A stretch of 64,000 nucleotides of DNA from Sporopachydermia quercuum (Eukaryota). Under the pieces are notes generated by a model. The model saw only the letters and a list, made by a program, of their open reading frames with translations, searched no databases and was not told the DNA's origin. The stretch spans positions 788,413 through 852,412 of the forward strand of contig BCGN01000009.1 in the NCBI GenBank assembly GCA_001599295.1. The letters run 5' to 3'. Below, piece by piece: positions 12,296-23,117 of this stretch. The translations under genes and the position numbers were made by a program. Every line of letters starts with the position of its first letter. Position 1 is the first letter of the stretch.

Positions 12296-12968
12296 GGATG
12301 CNTCAAAGACAAACAAACGGAATGAAGCACTTTAACACAATCAGAAATTTATTTACAAAGGAAAGGAATGATTAGAGCTATTATACAGAAATGTTATGGG
12401 TCCGTTACCACCAAATATTGATGGATCTCTGTGAAAAATACGAATGAATTAATGGTTCGGTTTAAGAATTAAGATATACTGAAATGCACACAAAACTGTA
12501 ATCCATTACAGTTGGTGTCGGAACAATGGAGGTGAATATATGTCTAATGAGTTTATGAGATTCTTGAAGACGTAGGAACAAGACATACTAGCACTTTACA
12601 GATTTCAATTAAATTGTAAAACTGAGAGGCTATATAGATCATTAATGGATTTGGGTAAGAACATTGAAGAGTCTGCATTCTTGTTAAATTCGTATTGGTA
12701 TTTTTCTTTTTCTTTGTCATACGGACCGTTCTACATGCAATNCAATCAATCGATACAAGTTAGAGGACTTTTGAACAGGTATAATGAGAGCACGATTTCA
12801 ATTATGGTAGAAGCGATCTGATTTTAAACAAAAATACCTTAGAATGTTTAGAGTGTATTATGCATGCAAACCAGATGCCAGGCAAGCCGAAGNTATTATT
12901 TTCCAGAGCAGTTAGAGGACATATTCAGGAGTCCCTTTGAATCGACTGGGATGGGATTTAGAATATAT
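12296..12968 (+). mobile_element. Degenerate Ty1/copia-type integrase remnant (Zn-binding end, DDE core, SH3-like C-terminus)
   Basis: Manual translation: GCxKDKQT (12296), LELLYRNVMGPLPPNIDG (12372), RNNGGEYMSNEFMRFLKT*...YRFQLNCKTERLYRSLMDLGK...SYW (12519 onward), RFQLW*KRSDF..YLRMF, SRAVRG, GFRIY (12954-12968). These are colinear with copia CxKGKQ / LELxHSDVxGP / SDNGGEY / PQQNGxAERxNRTL / TPxxLW..LRVFG / GYRxY. Confidence 0.88.
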
Positions 12969-13009
12969 TGCTACTGGATGTTAGTCAAACCAGTCATTTT
13001 TGGAGCATA

Positions 13010-13868
13010 GTAAACCCATAAACCTTCTAGTTTTAAGAACTAGTCTTAAGTCCGGGTCAGGCTAGTGCATATATTTCACATAACATAAAGAAAGTTATTT
13101 CAGCCCCACTATCTAGTAGTAGCAACGTACAAGTACATAAAAAAAATTTGATCTTTCGCGTTCCCTAAGTACAGTAAACACAAGATTCACATCTACTTCG
13201 TCTGGTCTATCCAAATCAGACTCTATATCATTATTCAACAATCTGAATAATCAGTAAAAGGAATAAAATAATCATCTTCTATGGAACGAGTTAGGTACCA
13301 GTGGGAAGTCACTGACTTCTTTTGGCTCATCAACAGTACAATAAACAAGCTCATNATCAAAATCATTTACAACTACCCCTTCTTGCTTAAACCACCAATC
13401 TCTTCTTGCGTCGGTTGTACAATTCTCTCTTAGGTACCCTCTCTCTTTCTTTTGACTCTTTGAAAGTTTTTGTTTGCTTCAAGATAATCTCCAGTGTTTT
13501 TTTTAGTTTTCACGAAAGCAGTAGAACTTTCTTGACCACTAAGAGGTGGAGATTCGCGCTCTGTAATATTTGGTTCTTCAACCTAAAAGGAGGAGCTTTG
13601 CTTTGAGGAAACTCCAAATTCCCCGGTCAAATTTCTGTATATTCACAGTAAATTTCAATACCATCACTCTTTGTACCATTGGGTGTTCNCGTATCATTAG
13701 AAGATCCTTTCAACCAACCAGCAGCAGTATNTGGCATTGATTCAATTAACTCATTTTGTTCTCGAAAAAGTTCTTCGTGAGTTATTAGAGTACTTTAATT
13801 TCATACAATGAACATCATGGGCGGTCTCTTGCAAAAAGACCTCCTTCTCTTTCGCATTCAAAGCATCT
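13010..13868 (-). mobile_element. Degenerate LTR-retrotransposon Gag zinc knuckle plus aspartic protease remnant (motif context more Ty3/gypsy-like)
   Basis: Minus strand 13868-13818 reads RCFECEREGGLFARDRP, a decayed CxxCxxxGHxARDCP knuckle. Downstream, 13119-13102 reads LLDSGA within TLLLLDSGAEITFF, followed by KVYGF. The gag-to-protease order is correct and there are many stops in between. Confidence 0.6.
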
Positions 13869-16484
13869 GTTTATTAAGATTTTTTTTTTCTATTTAAACC
13901 GAGGAATCGACCTCAATGTTCCGTTGTTGATGTCCTAGAAAGCGCCCAAGAACATTCCTATCTCTTTCGAGCCGCAATCAATTGCTCCCTTGACTGCGTT
14001 CCAATATCCGCCTCCTATATACAACATCGGCATAACTCAAGTTTTCTTTCGTGACAAATTGCTGATGAGTTTTCCATGTTGTCCTTTTAACAATTACCAC
14101 TTGACCACCACCTTCGTTTCTTTGCTGTAGTTTACCCCATTTAATGAACGTTCGTATATAAGACAAATCAAACTATAGCAGCAAATAGCGCTCCGGTACC
14201 AGAATTTTCATCAAACTTCATATTGTGAATGTCGTCCATAACTTCCAACTCGTTTCCGTTAATAACCTTAAGCTCGCTTAATAGCATGGTAAATATCTTA
14301 GAGACCATCAAACCATAAAGCAAGAGTCTTAATTTTTGAAATAATATAACAAAGATTATTCAAATTTGCCCTGTTGCAGTTCTTCCGTTCTTTCCTTAAT
14401 TCAGAAGGAGGTACTTGTAGTAACTTCTTAACACCTCTAGTTTGTAAAGTGTTGATATAGATAGAGGTCGTAGTTAGCATTTGCGTTTATGTAATCTTTA
14501 TTTCAGTTCTCTGTACTTCAAAGGGAATGGATAATAATTAAATCTTTAACTCATACATNGCAAGTTTAAAGTCGCTGGTATATGTTCACAATGAATGTGT
14601 TGCATTATTCTGCTATGATACATGTTCAATATTTGTGTAAAGTCCTGTGTATGCAAAGGGGTTTCCTCCACCTCTTCGGATTTATCTATTTCACTTATTG
14701 TTTGTTTACTCATATACTTTGATGCAATCAAGGAAATCAACTCGTACAAAACACATACGTAGGTCCTACAACAATAATATTTACTTACGCCTTTAGTCCA
14801 GCTCTCTGTCTCTGTCTGTTTACCTGTCTGCTTCCTAATTACTAGCTTTGAGTATATTTTATGCAAAAGCGTATATTTATCTGTTGACACCTTTAGGAAA
14901 TTCACATCTTACAGGTAGCTGGAATAATCAACGATTTGAGATTTCTTGTAATATGTAAGGCAAAATGGAAGGTACCAGAAAGTGGAATTTGACAGTATAC
15001 AACAGGAACACAGAGAGCCAGAAGAGGATGCCACTGGTCAATGTGCTCGCCAGTTATATAGGGATTCCCTGTCGTCACAGAATCCTGCCAGAGTGACTTA
15101 TTGATTGCGGGAAGTCATTATATTTGAATATGGTAAACGACTTTACCCTAAAAGACTTGACTTAGAAATCGGGTTGCAATAAGGTTAAAGGAGCGAATCT
15201 AGTCGTTAGAGTTAACCATGCTGTTAGTTATCCCACACTATGAGAGAGACCGTAATGGGTGATCAAACTGTCATCTCATGGCCCATAATGTAATGTGTCC
15301 AAATTAAAAATTGAGTATAAAAATTGTTTATATTTTATCACATATTTATATTGTTATATAGCATTTGATTTACTACTTGCTTGAGAATGATTGTCAAAAG
15401 AATATTTATTGTATATTAAATTCTTGATGTCAGTAGATTAGAGTTTCTTCGAACCAAGAAAATTGTAACTCAAATTTAGGTTGAAAACATTAAATATGTG
15501 GAGAGATATATACTTTCGAAAGCAATTAATAATATAAAAAAATTGAAAAACTGTATTTAACTACTACTACAGGTACTCTCAAGTACAGAGGTTCTGAAAC
15601 TCTTAATACAATATTATTAGAGGATAAAAAAGTAACTATAATCTCTTTTGGAGAGATTAGATATTAGTTGATTTTTTCTTGTTTGAAAGAGAGTTCACAA
15701 ATCTGATTTTCAACTTCTCTTTATACAATAAACTCTTCTTTGCGGACGAAAAAAATTAGCACCATTTGAGACAGCCCAATGAATGAATCCCCCACTTCTA
15801 CCCATACTGAAAATGCTAGAAAATGTTAGTACTCCTTCACAGCAGTTTACCTCTTCCCCAGATCAACCTTTACATTATTAGAATAAAAATAAAGGGCTAT
15901 ATTGTAGAAACTATGTAGTTATATAGATATTAATAGTTTCCCATATTATGTTTCCTCATACCCTTATGCGATCATGTTCGATCTTCACTAAATTATTTCT
16001 GATGTCCCCTATATTAACCAAATCTTTTCTTCTGAATTTTTCGTATTATATGCTCTATTATATCAAGAATCTTAGTTCAAATTAAGGCGCTGTAGTTTAT
16101 CACAATACGCGAAACTATTATTTCTTCTTCCGTAACAATAGCATTGGCGGCATTCAGGTGAAGTCTTTTGTTTAGTCTAAGAGATAAGAAATGGTTTGAC
16201 ACTTATATTTCCATACTTGGGCTTTGGTGTCCCAATTCAGGTATATAATGTAATTAGCTATCGCCACAGCTTATCTATCAATCAGAATCGTAATCACTTA
16301 ATCAGCGAGTTACGCCATTCCTGGCGGCCCCTAGTCTAATAGAAAGTACAATAGTGTGTGTGCGTGGGCTTGCGAGTTAGGTTTCGTCGGTGACTTTAAC
16401 AGTCAAATGATAGAAATCAACGTAAATCAAATCTCAAGGTTTCATTATAAAGCTATAGACCTAACATTCATCATTATATGAATA

Positions 16485-18377
16485 ATGGCGCGAAAGTTGT
16501 TCGATAAAAACAGACCAAGAACATCACCAGAGAAGGATCCTTCTACTCTTTCAAACTATGGATTCTTTCGTGCAAATTTCACCCATTTGAACCTTCAAGT
16601 GTCCTTTGAGAGAAAAAGTATATCGGGATTTATTGAAATTGGAGTTGTAGCAACATCCACAACTGAATCAATTGTTCTGGATACATCGTATCTTGAAATA
16701 TCTTCTGTTGTTGTAAATGGTATCAGTGTACCTTTTCTTCTCAAGGAAAGAGAAGAACCGTTAGGCTCAGCTTTGGTTATTAAATATCTAGTAGAATTTG
16801 GTAAAAGTTACGTGATAAAGGTCTTTTACTCTACTACCGAAAAATGTACTGCCTTACAATGGTTAGATCCAATGCAAACCTCCGGCAAGAATAACCCATA
16901 TCTGTTCTCGCAGTGTGAATCTATTCATGCTAGATCTCTATTCCCTTGCTTCGACACTCCATCAATTAAATGTCCCTATCACATCACTGTTAACTCTCCA
17001 TACAACGTTGTTTGTAGCGGGCTTCCAGTTAAGGAAGCAGGCGAAAATAGCCCCAACGTGTATGAATTCAGTCAAAAGATCCCAATCCCCAGTTACTTGT
17101 TTGCTATTGCAAGTGGTAATATTACTTCAGCAAATATAGGACGGAGATCATTGGTTTATACTGAACCAGAAAATATTGGTGCCTGTAAATATGAATTCGA
17201 GGCTGATATGGAGAACTTCCTTGAAACTGCCGAAAAACTTGTATATGAATATGAGTGGGGCTGGTATAATGTCTTGGTTTTACCTCCATCTTTTCCTTAT
17301 GGTGGGATGGAAAATCCCAATATAACTTTTGCTACGCCGACAATTGTTTCTGGTGATCGACAAAACGTAGATGTCATAGCTCACGAATTAGCCCATTCGT
17401 GGAGTGGGAACTTGGTAACTAATGCCTCTTGGGAGCACTTTTGGTTGAATGAAGGCTGGACTGTTTACTTGGAAAGAAGGATCATCGGATCTTTGCATGG
17501 GGAAAAGTATAGGCAATTTTCTGCAATTATTGGCTGGTCGGATTTAGTTGACTCTGTTGAATCCCTGGGAAAATACTATAATAAGTATTCACAGCTAGTG
17601 ATCGATTTGAAAGACAAAAGTGATCCTGATGATTCGTACAGTAGTGTTCCTTATGAAAGAGGATTCAATTTGCTTTATCATATTGAGACAAAGCTTGGAG
17701 GGAAAGAAAAGTTCGATCCATTCATAAAATATTATTTCCGTAAGTTCAGAGGTCTTTCTCTCGATACTTATCAGTTTGTTGATACTTTATATGAATTTTA
17801 TNCCAATGAGAAAGATTTATTGGATGAGATCGATTGGGACATGTGGTTCTATTCACCAGGATTGCCTCCCAAGCCTGATTTTGACACAGGTCTTGTTGAC
17901 GAATGTTATAATTTAGTAGATACCTGGATTGGTGCTTGTAAACAGCATCAAGACTGGACTTCTGAGGATTACGTAAAAGTATTTTCATCTAAAGATATTT
18001 CAAGCTGGGTGGCAAACCAATCGTTAGTGTTTTTAGATACTTTAGTGAGTTCTCAAACAGATAGTTTTCAATGGAAAAACAATCAGGAAGCATTATTAGC
18101 TATGAGCGAAATTTATAAGGAATATGAGCAATCTCAGAACGCTGAGATAGTATTCCGATGGCTACGATTGAACATTGTTGCTAGAGTTGAGAGTTATTAT
18201 CAGAAGTTGGCCCAATGGGTAGGCACCGTTGGTCGTATGAAGTTTGTTCGTCCAGGGTATTTAATGTTGAAGGAAGTTGATGAACAGCTTGCTTTAGACA
18301 CGTTTGAGAAGTTCAAGGAGATGTATCATCCTATTTGTAGGGCACTGGTTGAAAAAGATTTGGGAATCTCGAAGTGA
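16485..18377 (+). CDS. LAP2: Leukotriene A4 hydrolase-like M1 leucine aminopeptidase
   Basis: DPSTLSNY, FSQCESIHARS, GGMENP, HELAHSWSGNLVTN...WLNEG (HExxH+E), VPYERG, GRMKFVRP. Confidence 0.95.
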   Translation: MARKLFDKNRPRTSPEKDPSTLSNYGFFRANFTHLNLQVSFERKSISGFIEIGVVATSTTESIVLDTSYLEISSVVVNGISVPFLLKEREEPLGSALVIKYLVEFGKSYVIKVFYSTTEKCTALQWLDPMQTSGKNNPYLFSQCESIHARSLFPCFDTPSIKCPYHITVNSPYNVVCSGLPVKEAGENSPNVYEFSQKIPIPSYLFAIASGNITSANIGRRSLVYTEPENIGACKYEFEADMENFLETAEKLVYEYEWGWYNVLVLPPSFPYGGMENPNITFATPTIVSGDRQNVDVIAHELAHSWSGNLVTNASWEHFWLNEGWTVYLERRIIGSLHGEKYRQFSAIIGWSDLVDSVESLGKYYNKYSQLVIDLKDKSDPDDSYSSVPYERGFNLLYHIETKLGGKEKFDPFIKYYFRKFRGLSLDTYQFVDTLYEFYXNEKDLLDEIDWDMWFYSPGLPPKPDFDTGLVDECYNLVDTWIGACKQHQDWTSEDYVKVFSSKDISSWVANQSLVFLDTLVSSQTDSFQWKNNQEALLAMSEIYKEYEQSQNAEIVFRWLRLNIVARVESYYQKLAQWVGTVGRMKFVRPGYLMLKEVDEQLALDTFEKFKEMYHPICRALVEKDLGISK

Positions 18378-18815
18378 TGGATTTGCTTTATCTGTAGATT
18401 TATTAGTGATACATAATTTATATAAATAAAGCATAGAATACTGAGTAGAGGATATGTTACTGACTTATTAAAATATTCGGTTGTTCATATGATTCAAATT
18501 GTTTTTGCAACTGACTGAAGAAAGCGAATTACATGAGAAATAACCAATCGAGTCATTTAGGAGAAAGATTGTGAATAAATTAATTAAAAATGAAAGCATG
18601 CTGATTACTGCTTGCTATTGAATCAATCGTGTGATATGATATAATTTGATATAACTTTATAATATGAATATTATAACAGTCTAAGTAGTTTGAGTAGTCT
18701 GAATAGTGATCCAGTCCTATTTGTATCATTTCTTTTCCTACATATACCTTATCATTTCTTTCTAAATATCTCTTCTCCTAATACTATATATCCTTATCAT
18801 TATATCATCTACTAT

Positions 18816-21800
18816 CTACTCCTTGCTCTTCTCTTTCCTTTGCTTAACGGAGTCCTTCTTCTCAAACTTCTTCATTAATATATCAACATCTTCCAGGCCT
18901 GAATACACTTCTCCTATAGTTTCGACCGGATTTCTTAAAACTTCAGAGATTCCACTAAACGATGTCTCAGGCAGATCCAATAGAAAATCGACTCCTGGTG
19001 ATATAACTGCTTGAATTGCACTTTTACTGTCAACATCATAATCAAGCAGCATTTGGAAGTATATCAAAAGCAGCTTGGACACCATCTCATTGGAAAACAG
19101 TCTGTTATTGGCAATTGTGGGTTTTCCTTCATCGTCTGCTGATTGTTTCATCGCGGCTATTTTTTCTCGTTCGTTCTTGAAATACTTGTTGAACACATTG
19201 ATCACGTCTACCAAGAGCTCACCAGAATGTTTCCTCACTGCCAAAGCCAAGTATGCTGTGATCTCTAAAATGTACGCCGAAACTGCTGCATCGTTAAACG
19301 GAACTGAGTGAATTCCATCTTTCAAAACAGGAATCTCGTCTGGAATGGGCGGTAATGAAGCAAGTAGGAAGTTTCCCACTTTGATGACAGTGTGAACATC
19401 TGATTCGATAACAAAGGCAAATATTTCGTTGATATGACAGCTTTTCAAACAGTCAACAGCACATAACGTGGCTTCAATTTCCTCGTCCCAGGGCTCTGGA
19501 GGCTCATCGTCATTGAATCCTTTCAAATAGCTGCTTAATGTTGACAAGAAGCCTTGTTCTTTATTCTCTGTTCGTTTGATGACATACTGGGGTTTAATCT
19601 CAGGGAAGAACGATGTTAGCTGTAATCCAGTTTTCCGAGAGAACGTTTCTCTCAGGTCTGGGAATGGTGCTACTTTCCCGTCAATCAAACGGTTCTTATA
19701 TAAGCAAATGAGTATTTCTACAATTTCTTTCCATCCCAAATCGACNATGCTACCGTTTTTCATAACAGTGCGGAATAACACTACCATAGTAAGCTGGTTT
19801 TTGAAATTCATGCCAAACCGGACTGCTGTTTGTGATACAGTGATTTCGCTAATAATGCTGTCTTCTTCGATCTCGATTTTCGTGGTGGGGATCAAATCAC
19901 GGATGCCTGCGTTTTCGTTTGTTTTCCGTTCGATTTCTGAATGAGCTGTTTCCCACATAAACTGCTGACCTTCGTCAGTGAGACCTGTTGCGTCTGCCAG
20001 GACACGTACTACTTCATCTACAACGGACTCAAGGCCTTGGAAGGCAGCTAGGCTATTGCATTTGTCCAGAGCAGTCATAACTGTAGCCATAACATGATCG
20101 TCGGTAGCTGCTTCAAACACTGTGATGAACGTCGTTAATAGATAAGGCCACAGCATAGCAAACAGTGGTCGATCATACTGAATTTGCTCTTCTGGAGTTA
20201 TAGTAGCAACCGATGTATTGCTATCATTTGTTGCTTCAGCCATTCGTACCTCTGATATAAGATTATTCCATCGTTCTTCGAAATACAGCTTGTTCTTTGT
20301 CCCTTTGTCTTTATGATCTTCTGGCATCACAATCTCCTTGTCCCGAATAGAATTATAGATTCTTTCTAAATACCAAGCAGGGAAGTCTTCACCTTGGTTG
20401 ACTCCTCTGAGATTGTTTTTATATTCAGCAAGAGACATATGTTTTTTTATCCTAGGATTATGCAAATCAGTATTGAGAAGAATGATGGAATACGATAGAA
20501 CAAACACAGCGTCAGCATCAGCTACGTAGAATGTTTCAGGAGAGTCTTCTGCTGCCTTGGTGGTTGTCCCGGTTGCCGCCTCGGTTGCTGCTTCAACTCC
20601 ACATGCTACATATCGTTTGCCGAAGCATTCAACTATTCGTTCAATCTGCTGAGACTCTCCTGGTAATCTGAAGCTTCTCAAAAGCACTCTTAATGCTTCG
20701 TCCACTCGTAATCCTGCAAACTGGAACTTGCTCATGAACTTCTCAAGCAATTCGATATTCTTAGGCTTTGAAAGATAAATCCCAAGCTCTTTTTTATCAA
20801 TTCGGCCTGACTTTGTGTAGAAGAAATCTGCAACTTGATCGAGGTCTTCTGCAGAGGAAATGAACCCATGTTGTTCTAGTTTCTTGAGTCCATCTTTAAT
20901 AGAAGTATTTAAGGCGTTGGTACAGGAGATAAATAGTGCTTTCCTATCTTTGTTAGCAATAGTTTTGATGACTTCTGTATGCGAAATACCATCAAGCTTT
21001 ATGCCAGAGTTATGATTGAGATTGACAGTGCTATGATTGCTGTTTCTTTTGCTATTACTGTTGCTATTATTGTTGCTGGTATTGTTATCTTCATTGTCAC
21101 CATTGGTACTGCCCTTCTGGTTGATATACTTCACCATTCGACTGTTCATAGCCTCCAATACAGAAATAAGCCCATCAAGACATATAGGTGGTGTAGATTC
21201 AGTAGTCCATAAAACAGCATCAGGTTGAGAATGCCTGCTAAGAAACTTTACCAGGTTCAAGCAGAGGTCAGACCTGTCAAGATTGCAGTCATAAAACACG
21301 AAGAGGTTAGAAAAGAAGTTTGGTGATAGTGTCCAGAGCAATGCAAGATGGTCTATTAGTAGTTCTTTAATGGCTGGTGGTCGATTGTTATGATATGCAG
21401 GCAAGGACAGCCCTGTAGATGATTGATTGAGCTTCAGAGCTTTCTTGTTGTCATATAAAAGGTTTGTTCGGGACCCGTTGAGAGAAGAAGCAATAGAAGG
21501 CGTAGAACTTGGCTGTACAAGCTGGTTTGGCTGTTGATTCTGCTGCTGTTCGGTCGTCGTCTCAACCGGCTCGGGGCTCGCAATAGGTGAAGAGGTACCA
21601 CTGGCAACATTACCCACGCCCAGAGGGTCGAGAGACTCAAGTTCGCCTGCGTAAATTCCTCGGAGAAGCACCTGTAGCGCCATTTCCAATTGGAGCTTCA
21701 ATTCTGTTTGCAAACAGGAAAACAGCGTCACCAGAATCTTCAAAGCTCCAGAAAGAAGAATCGGAGAGCTCTCAGGCGCTTCTATGATCTGTATCACGTT

Positions 21801-23117
21801 TTTACATAGGGAATCTGACACCAGACCTATCAAGGAAGGAAATTTGGGGAACACTGTGCCCGATACTTCTAGAGTAGTGTTTACCAAAGCTAGTGCTAGC
21901 ACTCTTGTAGATTCCATGTGGTGGAGCTGGTTGGAGGTCGAGAGCATTGAAATTAGAATGGTGAATATTTCCTTGATGGCAGGGAACCCGTAGGGCATTT
22001 GAGCTGTTGGGGTAGTTGCAGCGTTAGGATTGACAGCAGAATTAGATTGGGTATTAGAATCATCAACAGAATCAGTAACATAATCATCAGGTGGTTTGCT
22101 CTGCTTTCCAACGACAATAGCAGTAGGCTTTTTGTCGGTTTCTCTTGTCTGTTGAGGTGAATCAGCTTCTGAGTATTCTTCTCCCTCAGATGGCTGTCGT
22201 TCAAATCTTTCCTCTATAGAAGAATCGCTGTCATCATCTCCACGTTCACCAGAAATCCCAGTAACCTTCCCGCTAGCCAAATTAACACTACTGCTGTTTT
22301 CGCTACCAGGAAACAGCATATCCTTGAGCCCAGGGTCAACTACTTCACTGATGCCTACTGTTACAACTTCAGCATCGAGTTCATGCAAACGAGCAAAAAT
22401 AACTACGATTATATTCAACATACTCATCTCGGCAGCTTTCCGCATGACCTCGCTTCGTCTTTTGTTGCAGGCAAGTGATAGACATGTTTGAACGACCTCG
22501 AATACTACATCGTCAGGCAGTAAAGGACCTAACCCTGGAGATGACACAATGATCTCCAGCAAGCGAAGCACTTTCAACAAAACAGCATCGTCTTGAGCTT
22601 GTTCGGCAGCTTCGAACCTGCAGTTTGTTAAGGCAGAAACAAAATGAGGTAGCACGTATATAAGCTGTTCTTTCTTACAGTTCCCAGGCAGAATATTATA
22701 CGTGATGAACTTGTTCACTGAACTGAGTCCTAATGATGTTATATAGCCAGTGGTCGAAGAAGACTTTATAAGCAAAAGGAAAGGCTGCAAGACCGTCAAA
22801 AGGTCAATTTCCTCAATGGATTCAACTTCAAGCAGCATTTGCTTCAGCTGGATGAATCCTGAAAGCAAAGGAGACTTCTGCTTGTTATTATTGTTTGATT
22901 TGCCAGTAGATTTGCCCAAAGCAAACCTGCCCGCGAAAATCTCCTCGTCGGTGAATAACTCAGACGCACTGCTGGAGAAAATAGATGCCACGCCGGAATT
23001 TAGCCAGCGAGATTGCTTCCGCATAGCTGAGATAATATTGGTACATTCGTTGATCACTAGAACCACAGGATCCACCGACACGATAGCAATACCGTTATGC
23101 ATGTTTGACGTGTTCAT
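18816..23117 (-). CDS. GEA2: Arf guanine-nucleotide exchange factor, GBF1/Gea family (Gea1/Gea2-like)
   Basis: N-terminal DCB/HUS-type region (VINECTNIISAMRK; NCRFEA; YDC). Sec7 domain with FRLPGESQQIERIVE and FVLSYSIILLNTDLHNP. GEA1 versus GEA2 cannot be distinguished; probably a pre-duplication ortholog. Confidence 0.88.
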   Translation of the reverse strand: MNTSNMHNGIAIVSVDPVVLVINECTNIISAMRKQSRWLNSGVASIFSSSASELFTDEEIFAGRFALGKSTGKSNNNNKQKSPLLSGFIQLKQMLLEVESIEEIDLLTVLQPFLLLIKSSSTTGYITSLGLSSVNKFITYNILPGNCKKEQLIYVLPHFVSALTNCRFEAAEQAQDDAVLLKVLRLLEIIVSSPGLGPLLPDDVVFEVVQTCLSLACNKRRSEVMRKAAEMSMLNIIVVIFARLHELDAEVVTVGISEVVDPGLKDMLFPGSENSSSVNLASGKVTGISGERGDDDSDSSIEERFERQPSEGEEYSEADSPQQTRETDKKPTAIVVGKQSKPPDDYVTDSVDDSNTQSNSAVNPNAATTPTAQMPYGFPAIKEIFTILISMLSTSNQLHHMESTRVLALALVNTTLEVSGTVFPKFPSLIGLVSDSLCKNVIQIIEAPESSPILLSGALKILVTLFSCLQTELKLQLEMALQVLLRGIYAGELESLDPLGVGNVASGTSSPIASPEPVETTTEQQQNQQPNQLVQPSSTPSIASSLNGSRTNLLYDNKKALKLNQSSTGLSLPAYHNNRPPAIKELLIDHLALLWTLSPNFFSNLFVFYDCNLDRSDLCLNLVKFLSRHSQPDAVLWTTESTPPICLDGLISVLEAMNSRMVKYINQKGSTNGDNEDNNTSNNNSNSNSKRNSNHSTVNLNHNSGIKLDGISHTEVIKTIANKDRKALFISCTNALNTSIKDGLKKLEQHGFISSAEDLDQVADFFYTKSGRIDKKELGIYLSKPKNIELLEKFMSKFQFAGLRVDEALRVLLRSFRLPGESQQIERIVECFGKRYVACGVEAATEAATGTTTKAAEDSPETFYVADADAVFVLSYSIILLNTDLHNPRIKKHMSLAEYKNNLRGVNQGEDFPAWYLERIYNSIRDKEIVMPEDHKDKGTKNKLYFEERWNNLISEVRMAEATNDSNTSVATITPEEQIQYDRPLFAMLWPYLLTTFITVFEAATDDHVMATVMTALDKCNSLAAFQGLESVVDEVVRVLADATGLTDEGQQFMWETAHSEIERKTNENAGIRDLIPTTKIEIEEDSIISEITVSQTAVRFGMNFKNQLTMVVLFRTVMKNGSXVDLGWKEIVEILICLYKNRLIDGKVAPFPDLRETFSRKTGLQLTSFFPEIKPQYVIKRTENKEQGFLSTLSSYLKGFNDDEPPEPWDEEIEATLCAVDCLKSCHINEIFAFVIESDVHTVIKVGNFLLASLPPIPDEIPVLKDGIHSVPFNDAAVSAYILEITAYLALAVRKHSGELLVDVINVFNKYFKNEREKIAAMKQSADDEGKPTIANNRLFSNEMVSKLLLIYFQMLLDYDVDSKSAIQAVISPGVDFLLDLPETSFSGISEVLRNPVETIGEVYSGLEDVDILMKKFEKKDSVKQRKEKSKE

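Noticed and set aside
5850..16100. Large inverted repeats flanking the gene-free region (Komagataella-type centromere) or point-centromere CDEI-III
   Set aside because: No matching arms or CDE consensus were seen by eye. A dot-plot is needed to exclude them fully.
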